From the NCBI GenBank assembly GCA_034422795.1, contig DAOUJK010000054.1:10347-74346 (forward strand): a stretch of 64,000 nt of DNA, read 5' to 3'. This stretch comes from Dehalococcoidia bacterium. GTDB taxonomy: Bacteria > Chloroflexota > Dehalococcoidia > Lucifugimonadales > Australimonadaceae. Position numbers and translations under genes: made by a program. Of the stretch, positions 27,607-35,978 are shown in pieces (position 1 is the stretch's first letter; the number at the start of each line of letters is the position of its first letter). A model generated the notes under the pieces. It searched no databases. It saw only the letters and a list, made by a program, of their open reading frames with translations, and was not told where the DNA came from.

Positions 27607-29013
27607 GTGCGTGCACTGCAAACGGTCGACCTGACACCCGAGCAACTTCCTCTGCTGGCTGATGTTGGCCAAGGAATCCGAGTGATTCGTGGTGCAGCCG
27701 GTAGCGGTAAGACGACCGTAGCGCTCCTTCGGCTGCGCCAACTTTGTCAATCGCGGATCACTCGGCGTATGCGGCTGGCCTCGGCTGAACCTGTCCGTGT
27801 GTTGGTCCTGACGTTTAACCGGACACTACGCGGTTACATCCAAGAACTGGCCAATGATGTGGATGCTATTGATGAAGTGGCAGTAACGGTTGACACATTT
27901 GGCCATTGGGCTCATAACCTAGTTGGAGAACCACGAGTTATTCCTGATGAAGGTCGGAAGTATATTGCTTCCCTACTAACGGACTTGGGTGTGACTTCAG
28001 CGAACTTAGACTACTTTGTTGATGAAATCAAATACATCCAAGGCAGGTTTCCGCCCAATGAGCGCAATCGATACTTAGAAACGACACGTATTGGGAGAGG
28101 TAGAACACCACAAGTATCTCAGCCACTGCGGGAGAGATTACTTGAGGAGGTAGTCAGTCGCTACGAAGAATACAAGCGGAAGCAGGCCCTCCTTGACTGG
28201 AATGACGTTGCTCTTGCAGCTGCTGAAACAGCTGATGGTGTGTACGACGTCGTAATTGTGGACGAAACACAGGATCTCTCGTCTAATCAGATGCGCGCTA
28301 TCTTGGCACACCTTGACCCAAACCACGTTACAACATTTGTCATCGACGCAGCTCAACGAATCTACCCGCAAGGATTCCAATGGTCGGAGCTTGGCGTTAG
28401 TGTACGCCCAGAGATGGTGTATACACTCCATACCAACTATCGTAATACAAAGCAAATTGCTCGCTTGGCTGCTTCGCTCCTCGTGGGTTTGCCAGCCGAC
28501 GCGGATGGCGTGGCACCTGACGAGACCTCTTGCGAACGAACCGGTCCGTTGCCAAAGGTCATTGTGGGCAAATACGGCGCACAGCTTTCGCATATGTTGG
28601 AACAGATTGACGACGCTATCGTGGCTGGAGAAACTGTCGCTATTCTCCACGCGAAAGGAGGAGGCTGGTTTTCCTCTACTGAGGCGGCATTGCGCGCCAG
28701 AGGTATCGAGTATTGTAGCATAAGCCGTGCCTACGAATGGCCAGCTGGTCCAGAGTTGGTGGCCCTGTCGACGATACACTCTGCGAAGGGTCTCGAGTTT
28801 GATCATGTCTTTATGCCAGGTCTCAGCGACGAAGTGACCCCACACGGAGAAGGTGAAGGAGATGGTACTCTCGATGCACTAAGGCGGCTGGTTGCGATGG
28901 GGGTAGGCCGAGCTAGGAAGACTGTCACTATGGGATATAAGAAAGGAGAGATGTCGTCGGTCTTTGAATGGATTGACCCTAGCACGTATGAAATGAGAGA
29001 GGTGCCTGAGTGA
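27607..29013 (+). CDS. Compact SF1 (UvrD/Rep-like) helicase
   Basis: GAAGSGKT, VLTFNRTL, IVDETQD, DAAQRIY, NYRNTKQI, STIHSAKGLEFDHV, RRL...GVGRARK. Confidence 0.9.
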   Translation: MRALQTVDLTPEQLPLLADVGQGIRVIRGAAGSGKTTVALLRLRQLCQSRITRRMRLASAEPVRVLVLTFNRTLRGYIQELANDVDAIDEVAVTVDTFGHWAHNLVGEPRVIPDEGRKYIASLLTDLGVTSANLDYFVDEIKYIQGRFPPNERNRYLETTRIGRGRTPQVSQPLRERLLEEVVSRYEEYKRKQALLDWNDVALAAAETADGVYDVVIVDETQDLSSNQMRAILAHLDPNHVTTFVIDAAQRIYPQGFQWSELGVSVRPEMVYTLHTNYRNTKQIARLAASLLVGLPADADGVAPDETSCERTGPLPKVIVGKYGAQLSHMLEQIDDAIVAGETVAILHAKGGGWFSSTEAALRARGIEYCSISRAYEWPAGPELVALSTIHSAKGLEFDHVFMPGLSDEVTPHGEGEGDGTLDALRRLVAMGVGRARKTVTMGYKKGEMSSVFEWIDPSTYEMREVPE

Positions 29014-29699
29014 ACATTGAGAACAATGAGGCATTGAATGATGAACCAGAATGGAAGAATCCTGAAGACTGGCAATCTCCTGTTGGCATTCGGAATGAAA
29101 TCGAACTGAGAGGCATAACTCAAGTAGTTCATTTTACTACAATGCGTGGAGCAATAGGCATACTCGCATCAAGGGCTGTGAAGAGCCGTGCGCGCTTGGA
29201 GGAGGACAAATTTCTGGAACATGTCTATATGCCTAATGCAAACTTCCGTAAGGATATTCAATAGCTTGACTACGTAAACATGTCTATTGAAAGAATCAAT
29301 GATTGGATGTTTGAAACGTCACGATGGCACCACGGAGACGATAATCCGTGGGTGGTCTTTTCTTTTGAGCCGAGTATTCTAACCCACGAAGGCGTTGTGT
29401 TCGCAACTACGAACAACATATACCCCGCCTGCCAGCGTGAAATGGGCTTGGAGGGATTGCGTAGACTCTTCACTGAGGAAGTCTTTGGACGATACAGTAC
29501 CCGCCATAACCGGAATGGTAAATTGCAATCTTGGCCAACGGATCGGCAAGCAGAAGTGTTGTATCCAGGAGAACTGTCCTGTGACCATCTCCAGCGCATT
29601 GATGTGTTAAAGGAGGAATCGTTGGATGTGGTGGCTGGAATACTTGGTGCTTTTCAGATAGATGTCCCAACTCGCCATGCACCGGAGGTGTTCGCATGA
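29010..29699 (+). pseudogene. DarT/DUF4433-like DNA ADP-ribosyltransferase interrupted by TAG at 29262-29264
   Basis: ORFs 29010..29264 and 29280..29699 share a frame; VHFTT..GIL, DYVNMS, FATTN, PTDRQAEVL (catalytic Glu position); GTGA and ATGA overlaps with both neighbours. Confidence 0.75.
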
Positions 29700-31369
29700 T
29701 GGAACGGCGTCTGTTTGATGACGACAAACCCATGTCGGGTGCGCAGGCCTCGAACGCTGTCCGACCGCTGGCAAGAGACCCTCAAGACTTGTCCCAGAGA
29801 ATTCAGCGGTCGTCGCTGTGGGCCGCATACGGTGACGCATTGGGGTGGATTAGTGAACTAACTGATGAAGTTGGTTTGAAGAGACGCACGAAAGGAGAGC
29901 CACTAGTTCGTCCCGTAGAATGGTTGCGTCGTGTTGGAGGAATTAGCGGTGTTATGGCAGTGCTCCCGCGAGGATGTTATTCAGATGATTCGCAGCTTCG
30001 TCTCGCTACAGGTAGGTCAATTCGCGCAGATGGTTTTGACGTGGAAGCCTTTGCCAGAGTAGAACTCCCGGTCTGGCTTAGCTACGAACTGGGAGGAGGC
30101 AAATCGACTAAAGCGGCAGCTGGTAATTTACTAAAGACTAGAGTGCCATGGTTTGCGAACAATTTTATAGGGTGGACTAATTCTGGAGGCAACGGAGCCG
30201 CCATGCGAATTCAACCACACGTTTGGGCAGCTCCTACGCCTGGACGACCTCAGTCATATCTGTTAGATGTGATTCGTAACGCGGTCTGTTCACACTCTCA
30301 TCCACACGGTGTCATGGGTGCAATCCTGCATGCCCTTACACTCGCGCAGGCGAGAACCGCGAGAGATAACCCAACGCCCAATGACCTGATGGAAGCTTTG
30401 AATATTGCGGCTAATCTATTCGATTTGATTCGTGATGATATGGAATTACACTCGTACTGGCGCAGGGTCCTGGAGCGCGATGGTTACCCAATCGACCATG
30501 CTTGGCTGGAGACGGTGCGAGAAGCTAAGGAAGCTGTCCATATCGCTGCGACTACGCATCACCCTGATGGTGCTGTTCGTTTCAATGCTATTCTCGATGG
30601 ACTGATGCTTCGCGATCCTTCCAAACGTGGTAGTGGCATGCTGACAGCCATCGCCGCCGCAAGCTTAGCTTGGTGTGAGCCGCGACCTGAGGCAGCCCTT
30701 GCAATCGCAGCCAATGCTATCGGAAGTGACACTGACACTATTGCTAGTATGGCAGGCGCTATCTTGGGCATCAATGCGAGTGAAGACCCCCCTGTTGAGG
30801 TCTTGGACGCAGATTTATTTCGATTGGAAGCTGTTCGTTTATCGAGCATCGCACTTGGCAAGACATCGCCAGTGCATCAATATCCGGATTTGCTGGGATG
30901 GTCGGCCCCTAAGACGCGCGCAGATGCTTTGGTGCGCTCTCAGCGCGGAGAATACCATGTAGTCGGCTTGGGTCCCGCTCATTTGCAGGGTGACCCCATA
31001 CTATCGAGAGATCAAGCCTTTATGTGGCAATGGGTCAAACTTGAACTAGGCCAAACCCTGTTTATTAAGCGCCGTAAGCAAATTGATATTGTTGAGGACG
31101 AAACAATCGGAAAGATCGTTGAACGCCATCATTTGGACGATGTAGGGCTTAGTCTTGGGCATGACCAAGATCCTACGAGAACTAACTACATAGTTAGTCA
31201 GCAAGCGTTCCAAGACATGGTTGACTATCTGTGGCGACATCGGGCCAATGATGCAGTTGTGGGGAAGGTCATTCGAAGAGTCGTGAATAGGTGTACCCCT
31301 GCACAAACTGCTGCCTTTTTGGCCGCGTTGATTGAATCTCTTCAGGAAGATGGACCTCGCAGTAAGTGA
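29696..31369 (+). CDS. ADP-ribosylglycohydrolase (DraG/ARH family) with C-terminal extension
   Basis: AYGDALG, YSDDSQL, GNGAAMR, SHSHP, GSDTDTIASMAGAILG; about 170 extra C-terminal residues. Confidence 0.88.
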   Translation: MMERRLFDDDKPMSGAQASNAVRPLARDPQDLSQRIQRSSLWAAYGDALGWISELTDEVGLKRRTKGEPLVRPVEWLRRVGGISGVMAVLPRGCYSDDSQLRLATGRSIRADGFDVEAFARVELPVWLSYELGGGKSTKAAAGNLLKTRVPWFANNFIGWTNSGGNGAAMRIQPHVWAAPTPGRPQSYLLDVIRNAVCSHSHPHGVMGAILHALTLAQARTARDNPTPNDLMEALNIAANLFDLIRDDMELHSYWRRVLERDGYPIDHAWLETVREAKEAVHIAATTHHPDGAVRFNAILDGLMLRDPSKRGSGMLTAIAAASLAWCEPRPEAALAIAANAIGSDTDTIASMAGAILGINASEDPPVEVLDADLFRLEAVRLSSIALGKTSPVHQYPDLLGWSAPKTRADALVRSQRGEYHVVGLGPAHLQGDPILSRDQAFMWQWVKLELGQTLFIKRRKQIDIVEDETIGKIVERHHLDDVGLSLGHDQDPTRTNYIVSQQAFQDMVDYLWRHRANDAVVGKVIRRVVNRCTPAQTAAFLAALIESLQEDGPRSK

Positions 31370-31899
31370 GAGCGTGGCTGAAAATGACCTACAGACTCAT
31401 GCAGGCGGGAGAAGCGGAAGAGCTACATCGCCTGGTGATGCGCGCGTTCGATGAGTTCGTCGCACCGGACCTGCCGGAGGGAGGCAGGGAGCACTTCAAC
31501 GAGTATGCGTCTCCGGCCCGGCTGGGCGCTCCGGAGCGCCGGCAGGAGACCGTCGTCGTCGTGAGCGAGGGGCGGCCGGTGGGCGTGGGCCGCGTCGGGC
31601 GACGGAACGAGACCCCTCACGTCGATTTGCTGTTCGTGGAGAAGGAGATGCACGGGCAGGGTATCGCGCGCGAGATCGTGAGGCGGCTGCTGGACATCGC
31701 TCGTCAGAACGATCCGGCTGCCGAGCGCGTCACAGTCAACGCTACGCGGTACGCGGCGCCGTTCTACGCGCGGGTCGGCTTCCAGCCGAGTGGAGAGGAG
31801 CGGGTCGAGGGTGGCATCATCTCGACGCCGATGGAGATCGCGGTGGGGGAGGAGCACTGCGCTCCACCCCCGGCAGGGCCCTCACCCGCCGTCGCGTAG
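31366..31899 (+). CDS. GNAT-family N-acetyltransferase
   Basis: LLFVEKEMHGQGIAREIV, VNAT.YAAPFYARVGF; alternative start at 31384. Confidence 0.88.
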   Translation: MRAWLKMTYRLMQAGEAEELHRLVMRAFDEFVAPDLPEGGREHFNEYASPARLGAPERRQETVVVVSEGRPVGVGRVGRRNETPHVDLLFVEKEMHGQGIAREIVRRLLDIARQNDPAAERVTVNATRYAAPFYARVGFQPSGEERVEGGIISTPMEIAVGEEHCAPPPAGPSPAVA

Positions 31900-32295
31900 C
31901 GCCGACACCCTCTCCCTCAGGAGAGGGGATCAAACACCCCGCACTACCCCACGCCCCAGCAGTACCCTCTCCCTAACCCTCTCCCCTTGTAGAGAGAGGG
32001 GACCAGGCGGGCGCTCCGCGCCGGTTCACCCCTATCCCCGCATCAAGTGCTGGGACGGCTCTAACCCCCATCGAGGGGAAGGGACCAGGCATCCCGAGAG
32101 ATTTCTCGACTGCGCTTCGCTTCGCTCGAAATGACACCCCCCACGCCGCGCTCCCCACGCCCCGCCGGTTCGCCCTCACCCGCCGCGCTTGCGCGGCGAC
32201 CTCTCCCCGAGGGAGAGGTCGCCAGACACCTGCGGCACGTTATCCCCGAGAGATGTTTCGACTTCGCCTCCGGCTCCGCTCAACATGACAATGCC
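31870..32295. repeat. Cluster of REP-like palindromes
   Basis: CCCTCACCCGCCG..CTCTCCC..GGAGAGG units; AGTACCCTCTCCCTAACCCTCTCCCCTTGTAG near-identical to 24927; ..GCTCGAAATGACA and ..GCTCAACATGACA units. Confidence 0.85.
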
Positions 32296-32341
32296 CCCGT
32301 ACACGGCCGATGTTGGGGTAAGGATCTCGTCGAAGAGACCC

Positions 32342-33643
32342 TCAGGCGTTCGCGGCCTCGCGGGCGTTGGCCTCTTCGACGAGGCGGTGGATGCCCCGGA
32401 CCTGCGCGCTGAAGGCGAATGCGAGAACGGTGACGGCGATGACGGCGCCGCCGCCGAGCGCTATCGCGAACGGCGTGCTGGTGTACTGGGCGATGAAGCC
32501 CGCCTGCAGCGCGCCCAGCGGCGCGAGGCTCCACATCACGCCGCGCAGCCCCATGACGCGTCCGCGGTACTCCGTCGGAATGAGCAGGTTGAGCAGGGTG
32601 TTGGAGGCGGTCTGGAAGACGGCGTAGAGCCCGCCGCTCGAGGCCGCCATCGCGAGCGCCAGCCAATACCACTGCATCTCGCCGTTGACGCCGAACAGCA
32701 GCACGGAGAGTCCAAGCAGCCCCGCGCCGCCGCCGAGCATCCAGGCCTTGCTCTGCTGCTGGCCGAATGAGGCGGAGAGGAAGACGCCGGTGAGCCCGCC
32801 GATGCCGCTGGCGGTCTGGAGCAGGCCGAGCCCCTCCGGCCCCAGGCCCAGCACGTCCTTAGCGAACGCGGGCAGCAGCCACTGGTACGACAGCCCGAAG
32901 TAGCCGATGGAGAAGCTCATCATGAGGAGCAGCAGGAATATACGGTGCGTGACCGCGAACCGCAGTCCGTCCGCGATGTCGTGCAGGACGGTGCGCCCCG
33001 CGGCTCGCGGCAGCTCCGGCAGCCTGATGGTGACGATGGCGACGGCCATCGCGGCGAACCCTGCCGCGATCAGGTAGAAGGCGACTGCGGCTCCGAGGTG
33101 GAAGTCGCCCGTGATGCCCCCCACGATGGCGATAGGCATGGTCCCGACCATCGGGGAGAAGACGCGCGTTCCGTTCCAGACGCCCTGGTTCAGCGCGGTG
33201 GCGAACATGAACTCCCGCCGTTCGATGAGCGCCGGCCACACGACGCGGCGCGCCGGCTGGTCCAGCGACGTGGAGATGCCGATGAGGAACGCGGAGGTTA
33301 CGACGTGCCAGACCTCGACCCGCCCCACCAGCACGAGCGTCGCCAGGACCGCGATGACCAGCGCGGCGACGCCCTCGCCGATCACGATGAGCCGCCGCGG
33401 GTCCAGCCGGTCGGCGAGCGCGCCGGCGACGAGGTTGAAGACGATGGCGGGAACGGCCTGTGCAGCGGCGACGTACCCGAGGACGACGACCTCGCCGGTG
33501 ATGTCGTAGAGCAGCCAGCCCTGGGCGACGAGGAGCGCCTGTTGCGACGTGACGCTTCCCACGAGACCCAGCCAGTAACGGCGATAGTCCCGCCGCCGGA
33601 GGACGGAGACGAACTCGAAGCGTCGGGCCAGGAAATCGCGCAC
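32342..33643 (-). CDS. MFS transporter (MFS_3/H+ antiporter-like)
   Basis: AGALADRLDPRRL, DQPARR, EYRGRVMG; about 12 TM segments. Confidence 0.9.
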   Translation of the reverse strand: MRDFLARRFEFVSVLRRRDYRRYWLGLVGSVTSQQALLVAQGWLLYDITGEVVVLGYVAAAQAVPAIVFNLVAGALADRLDPRRLIVIGEGVAALVIAVLATLVLVGRVEVWHVVTSAFLIGISTSLDQPARRVVWPALIERREFMFATALNQGVWNGTRVFSPMVGTMPIAIVGGITGDFHLGAAVAFYLIAAGFAAMAVAIVTIRLPELPRAAGRTVLHDIADGLRFAVTHRIFLLLLMMSFSIGYFGLSYQWLLPAFAKDVLGLGPEGLGLLQTASGIGGLTGVFLSASFGQQQSKAWMLGGGAGLLGLSVLLFGVNGEMQWYWLALAMAASSGGLYAVFQTASNTLLNLLIPTEYRGRVMGLRGVMWSLAPLGALQAGFIAQYTSTPFAIALGGGAVIAVTVLAFAFSAQVRGIHRLVEEANAREAANA

Positions 33644-33682
33644 GGGGCTACGTTACGCCCGCAGGGCCATGGCGTCGAGGAC

Positions 33683-34549
33683 TCAGAGGGATGCGTACCA
33701 TGCGGCGAGAGCCTGCCCGACCTCGTCGGGCGAGTCCTCCTGGATGAAGTGCAGGCCGCGCACCGTGACCTCGCGCTGGTTGGGCCACGTCCGGCAGAAC
33801 TCGCGCTGCGCACCCGTGAGGATGATGCCGGGCTCGGCGTTGATGAACAGCTTCGGCAGGCCGCTCGTCGAGAGCCAGTCGGCGTAGCGCTGCGTCAGCT
33901 CGACCACGTTGGCGGGCTCGCCGTCGAGCGGTATCTGCCTCGGCCACGTGAGCGTCGGACGCCGCGACTCGCCGGGCTCGAGGTAGGGGCGGCGGTAGAC
34001 CGCGAACTCCTCGTCGGTGAGCGTCCGCATGATGCTGGCGGGCAGCACTCGTTCTACGAAGACGTTCTTCTGGAGGACGATCTCCTCCCCCGCGGGGGAG
34101 CGCATCGCCTGGAAGATGTTGCGCGCCTGCTCCGGCCACTCGTCCCACCGCATCGGGCGCACGATGCCCTCCATGTAGGCGATGCCCTTCACCCGCTCGG
34201 GGTGGCGGCATGCCCAGTCGAACCCGAGCGCCGATCCCCAGTCGTGGCCGACGAGCACGACGCTTCCGGTGAGGCCGAGGGCGTCGAACCAGGCGTCGAG
34301 GTAGCGTGCGTGGTCGGCGAAGCGGTAGGAGCCGTCGGGCGCCTTGCCGGAGTCGCCCATCCCGATGAGGTCGGGGGCGAGGCAGCGCGCCTGCCCGAAC
34401 AGGTGCGGGATGACGTTGCGCCACAGGTAGGACGAGGTGGGGTTGCCGTGCAGGAAGACGACAGGGTCGCCGTCACCGGTGTCGACGTACGCCATCTCGC
34501 TGTCGAGAACCTTGGCCTTGTGGCGGGGGTGCGGGTCGGTTGCGGTCAT
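33683..34549 (-). CDS. Haloalkane dehalogenase (DhaA/LinB-like subfamily)
   Basis: [47 protein letters not shown]. Confidence 0.9.
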   Translation of the reverse strand: MTATDPHPRHKAKVLDSEMAYVDTGDGDPVVFLHGNPTSSYLWRNVIPHLFGQARCLAPDLIGMGDSGKAPDGSYRFADHARYLDAWFDALGLTGSVVLVGHDWGSALGFDWACRHPERVKGIAYMEGIVRPMRWDEWPEQARNIFQAMRSPAGEEIVLQKNVFVERVLPASIMRTLTDEEFAVYRRPYLEPGESRRPTLTWPRQIPLDGEPANVVELTQRYADWLSTSGLPKLFINAEPGIILTGAQREFCRTWPNQREVTVRGLHFIQEDSPDEVGQALAAWYASL

Positions 34550-34630
34550 GAGGGGTCCTTTCGCGTCGCGGGACAGGCCACGAAGCAGGCGGTCCCGTGG
34601 GGGTATCCTATCAACAGCGTGGTTCGACAG

Positions 34631-34714
34631 GCTCACCATGAGCGGTTCCAAGCTCACCACGAGCGGTTCCATGCTCACCGCGAGTGGCCCCATGCTCACC
34701 GCGAGTGGCCCGAC
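34631..34714. repeat. Four degenerate 21-bp tandem repeats
   Basis: GCTCACCATGAGCGGTTCCAA / GCTCACCACGAGCGGTTCCAT / GCTCACCGCGAGTGGCCCCAT / GCTCACCGCGAGTGGCCCGAC. Confidence 0.85.
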
Positions 34715-34739
34715 TGCTGACACCAAAGGAGAGTTGACC

Positions 34740-35582
34740 GTGACTGAGCATCCCACACTTGGCGATTTCATCCTCGGCTTCGAGGGGCTTGGCATCATGC
34801 GCTCCTGGACGGTGGACCCGGCGGGGGTCAAGGCGCGTGTGCGCGGCATCGTCGAGATGGCGGGCCGCCTCGACGAGGAGCCGTGGTCGAGCGCCGTTGC
34901 CGTGGGCGAGCGAACGGTCGAGGACGGCTATGCGGAATGGGCGGCAGTCTACGACGCCCAGCACAACCCGGTGGTGCTCGCCGAGGAACCGGTCGTGCGG
35001 GAGATCGTGTCGCGTTATCCGGTCGGGGACGCGCTCGACGCGGCGTGCGGCACCGGCCGGCACGCCGCGCACCTGGCGTCAGCGGGTCACCGGGTGGTCG
35101 GCATCGACGCCACGCCGGAGATGCTGGAGCAGGCGAGGGCGAAGGTCCCCGCAGCGCGCTTCGAGACGGGCGACCTCGCCGCGCTCCCGCTCCCGGACCA
35201 TGCGGTGGACCTCGCCGTCTGCTCGTTCGCGCTCACGCACTGCGTCGACCTCGGCCCGCCGGTCAGCGAGCTGGCGCGCGTGGTGCGGCCCGGTGGGCAC
35301 GTCGTCATCTCAGACGTACACCCGTTCTCGGTGAGCCTCGGGGGGCAGGCCCGCTACCGTGCCGCCGAGCGGGGGTTCGTCCGCAACCACGTACACCTCG
35401 TATCGGACTACCTCACGGCGTTCAGGGCCGCGGGACTCGAGGTTGTGCGTTGCGTCGAGCCGCTCTGGGGCGATGAGGAGATCGCGACGTTCGAGTTCGC
35501 CGACGACTTCCCGGACATGCTGGACACGGCGGTCAGAGGTCTGCCGATCGTGATCGTGTGGGAGTTGGCGAAGCGCGCGTAG
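34740..35582 (+). CDS. Class I SAM-dependent methyltransferase
   Basis: [29 protein letters not shown]; RBS AAGGAG; GTG start. Confidence 0.88.
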   Translation: MTEHPTLGDFILGFEGLGIMRSWTVDPAGVKARVRGIVEMAGRLDEEPWSSAVAVGERTVEDGYAEWAAVYDAQHNPVVLAEEPVVREIVSRYPVGDALDAACGTGRHAAHLASAGHRVVGIDATPEMLEQARAKVPAARFETGDLAALPLPDHAVDLAVCSFALTHCVDLGPPVSELARVVRPGGHVVISDVHPFSVSLGGQARYRAAERGFVRNHVHLVSDYLTAFRAAGLEVVRCVEPLWGDEEIATFEFADDFPDMLDTAVRGLPIVIVWELAKRA

Positions 35583-35604
35583 GGGAGTCACTCCGCCCCG
35601 CCGG

Positions 35605-35950
35605 TTCACCCTCTCCCTCACTCCACCCCAGCAGGGCCCTCACCCGCCGCGCTAAAGCGCGTTGCCCTCTCCCTCAGGAGAGGGGAGCAAACATCCCGCT
35701 CCCGATTCACCCACTCCCTCACTCCACCCCGAGGGCCCTCACCCGCCGCGCTAAAGCGCGTTGCCCTCTCCCTCAGGAGAGGGGAGCAAACACCCCGCAC
35801 TCCGATTCATCCTCCCTCACTCCACCCCGAGGGCCCTCACCCGCCGCGCTAAAGCGCGTTGCCCTCTCCCTCAGGAGAGGGGAGCAAACATCCCGCTCCG
35901 GATTCACCCTCTCCCTAACCCTCTCCCCTCGAGGGAGAGGGGAGCAAACA
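35605..35950. repeat. Tandem array (3 x 98-99 bp) of palindromic REP-like units
   Basis: GGGCCCTCACCCGCCGCGCTAAAGCGCGTTGCCCTCTCCCTCAGGAGAGGGGAGCAAAC at 35634, 35733 and 35831, between convergent genes. Confidence 0.92.
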
Positions 35951-35978
35951 CCCCGCTGCGGCGCACCGCACCCTCACG

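Larger units (their letters stand above)
27560..31369. mobile_element. Low-GC horizontally acquired cassette
   Basis: Abrupt drop in GC (by eye low-50s % versus high-60s % in flanks) and AT-rich codon use across three coupled genes; no integrase or transposase inside. Confidence 0.7.

Noticed and set aside
27607-29013. Helicase as Gabija GajB or housekeeping UvrD/PcrA
   Set aside because: No OLD/TOPRIM nuclease partner is adjacent; it is too short for PcrA/UvrD and lies in a foreign-GC insert.
29262-29264. Pyrrolysine or recoded-amber readthrough of the DarT-like gene
   Set aside because: TAG is used as a normal stop by many genes in this window and no pyl genes are seen; a nonsense mutation or assembly error is simpler.
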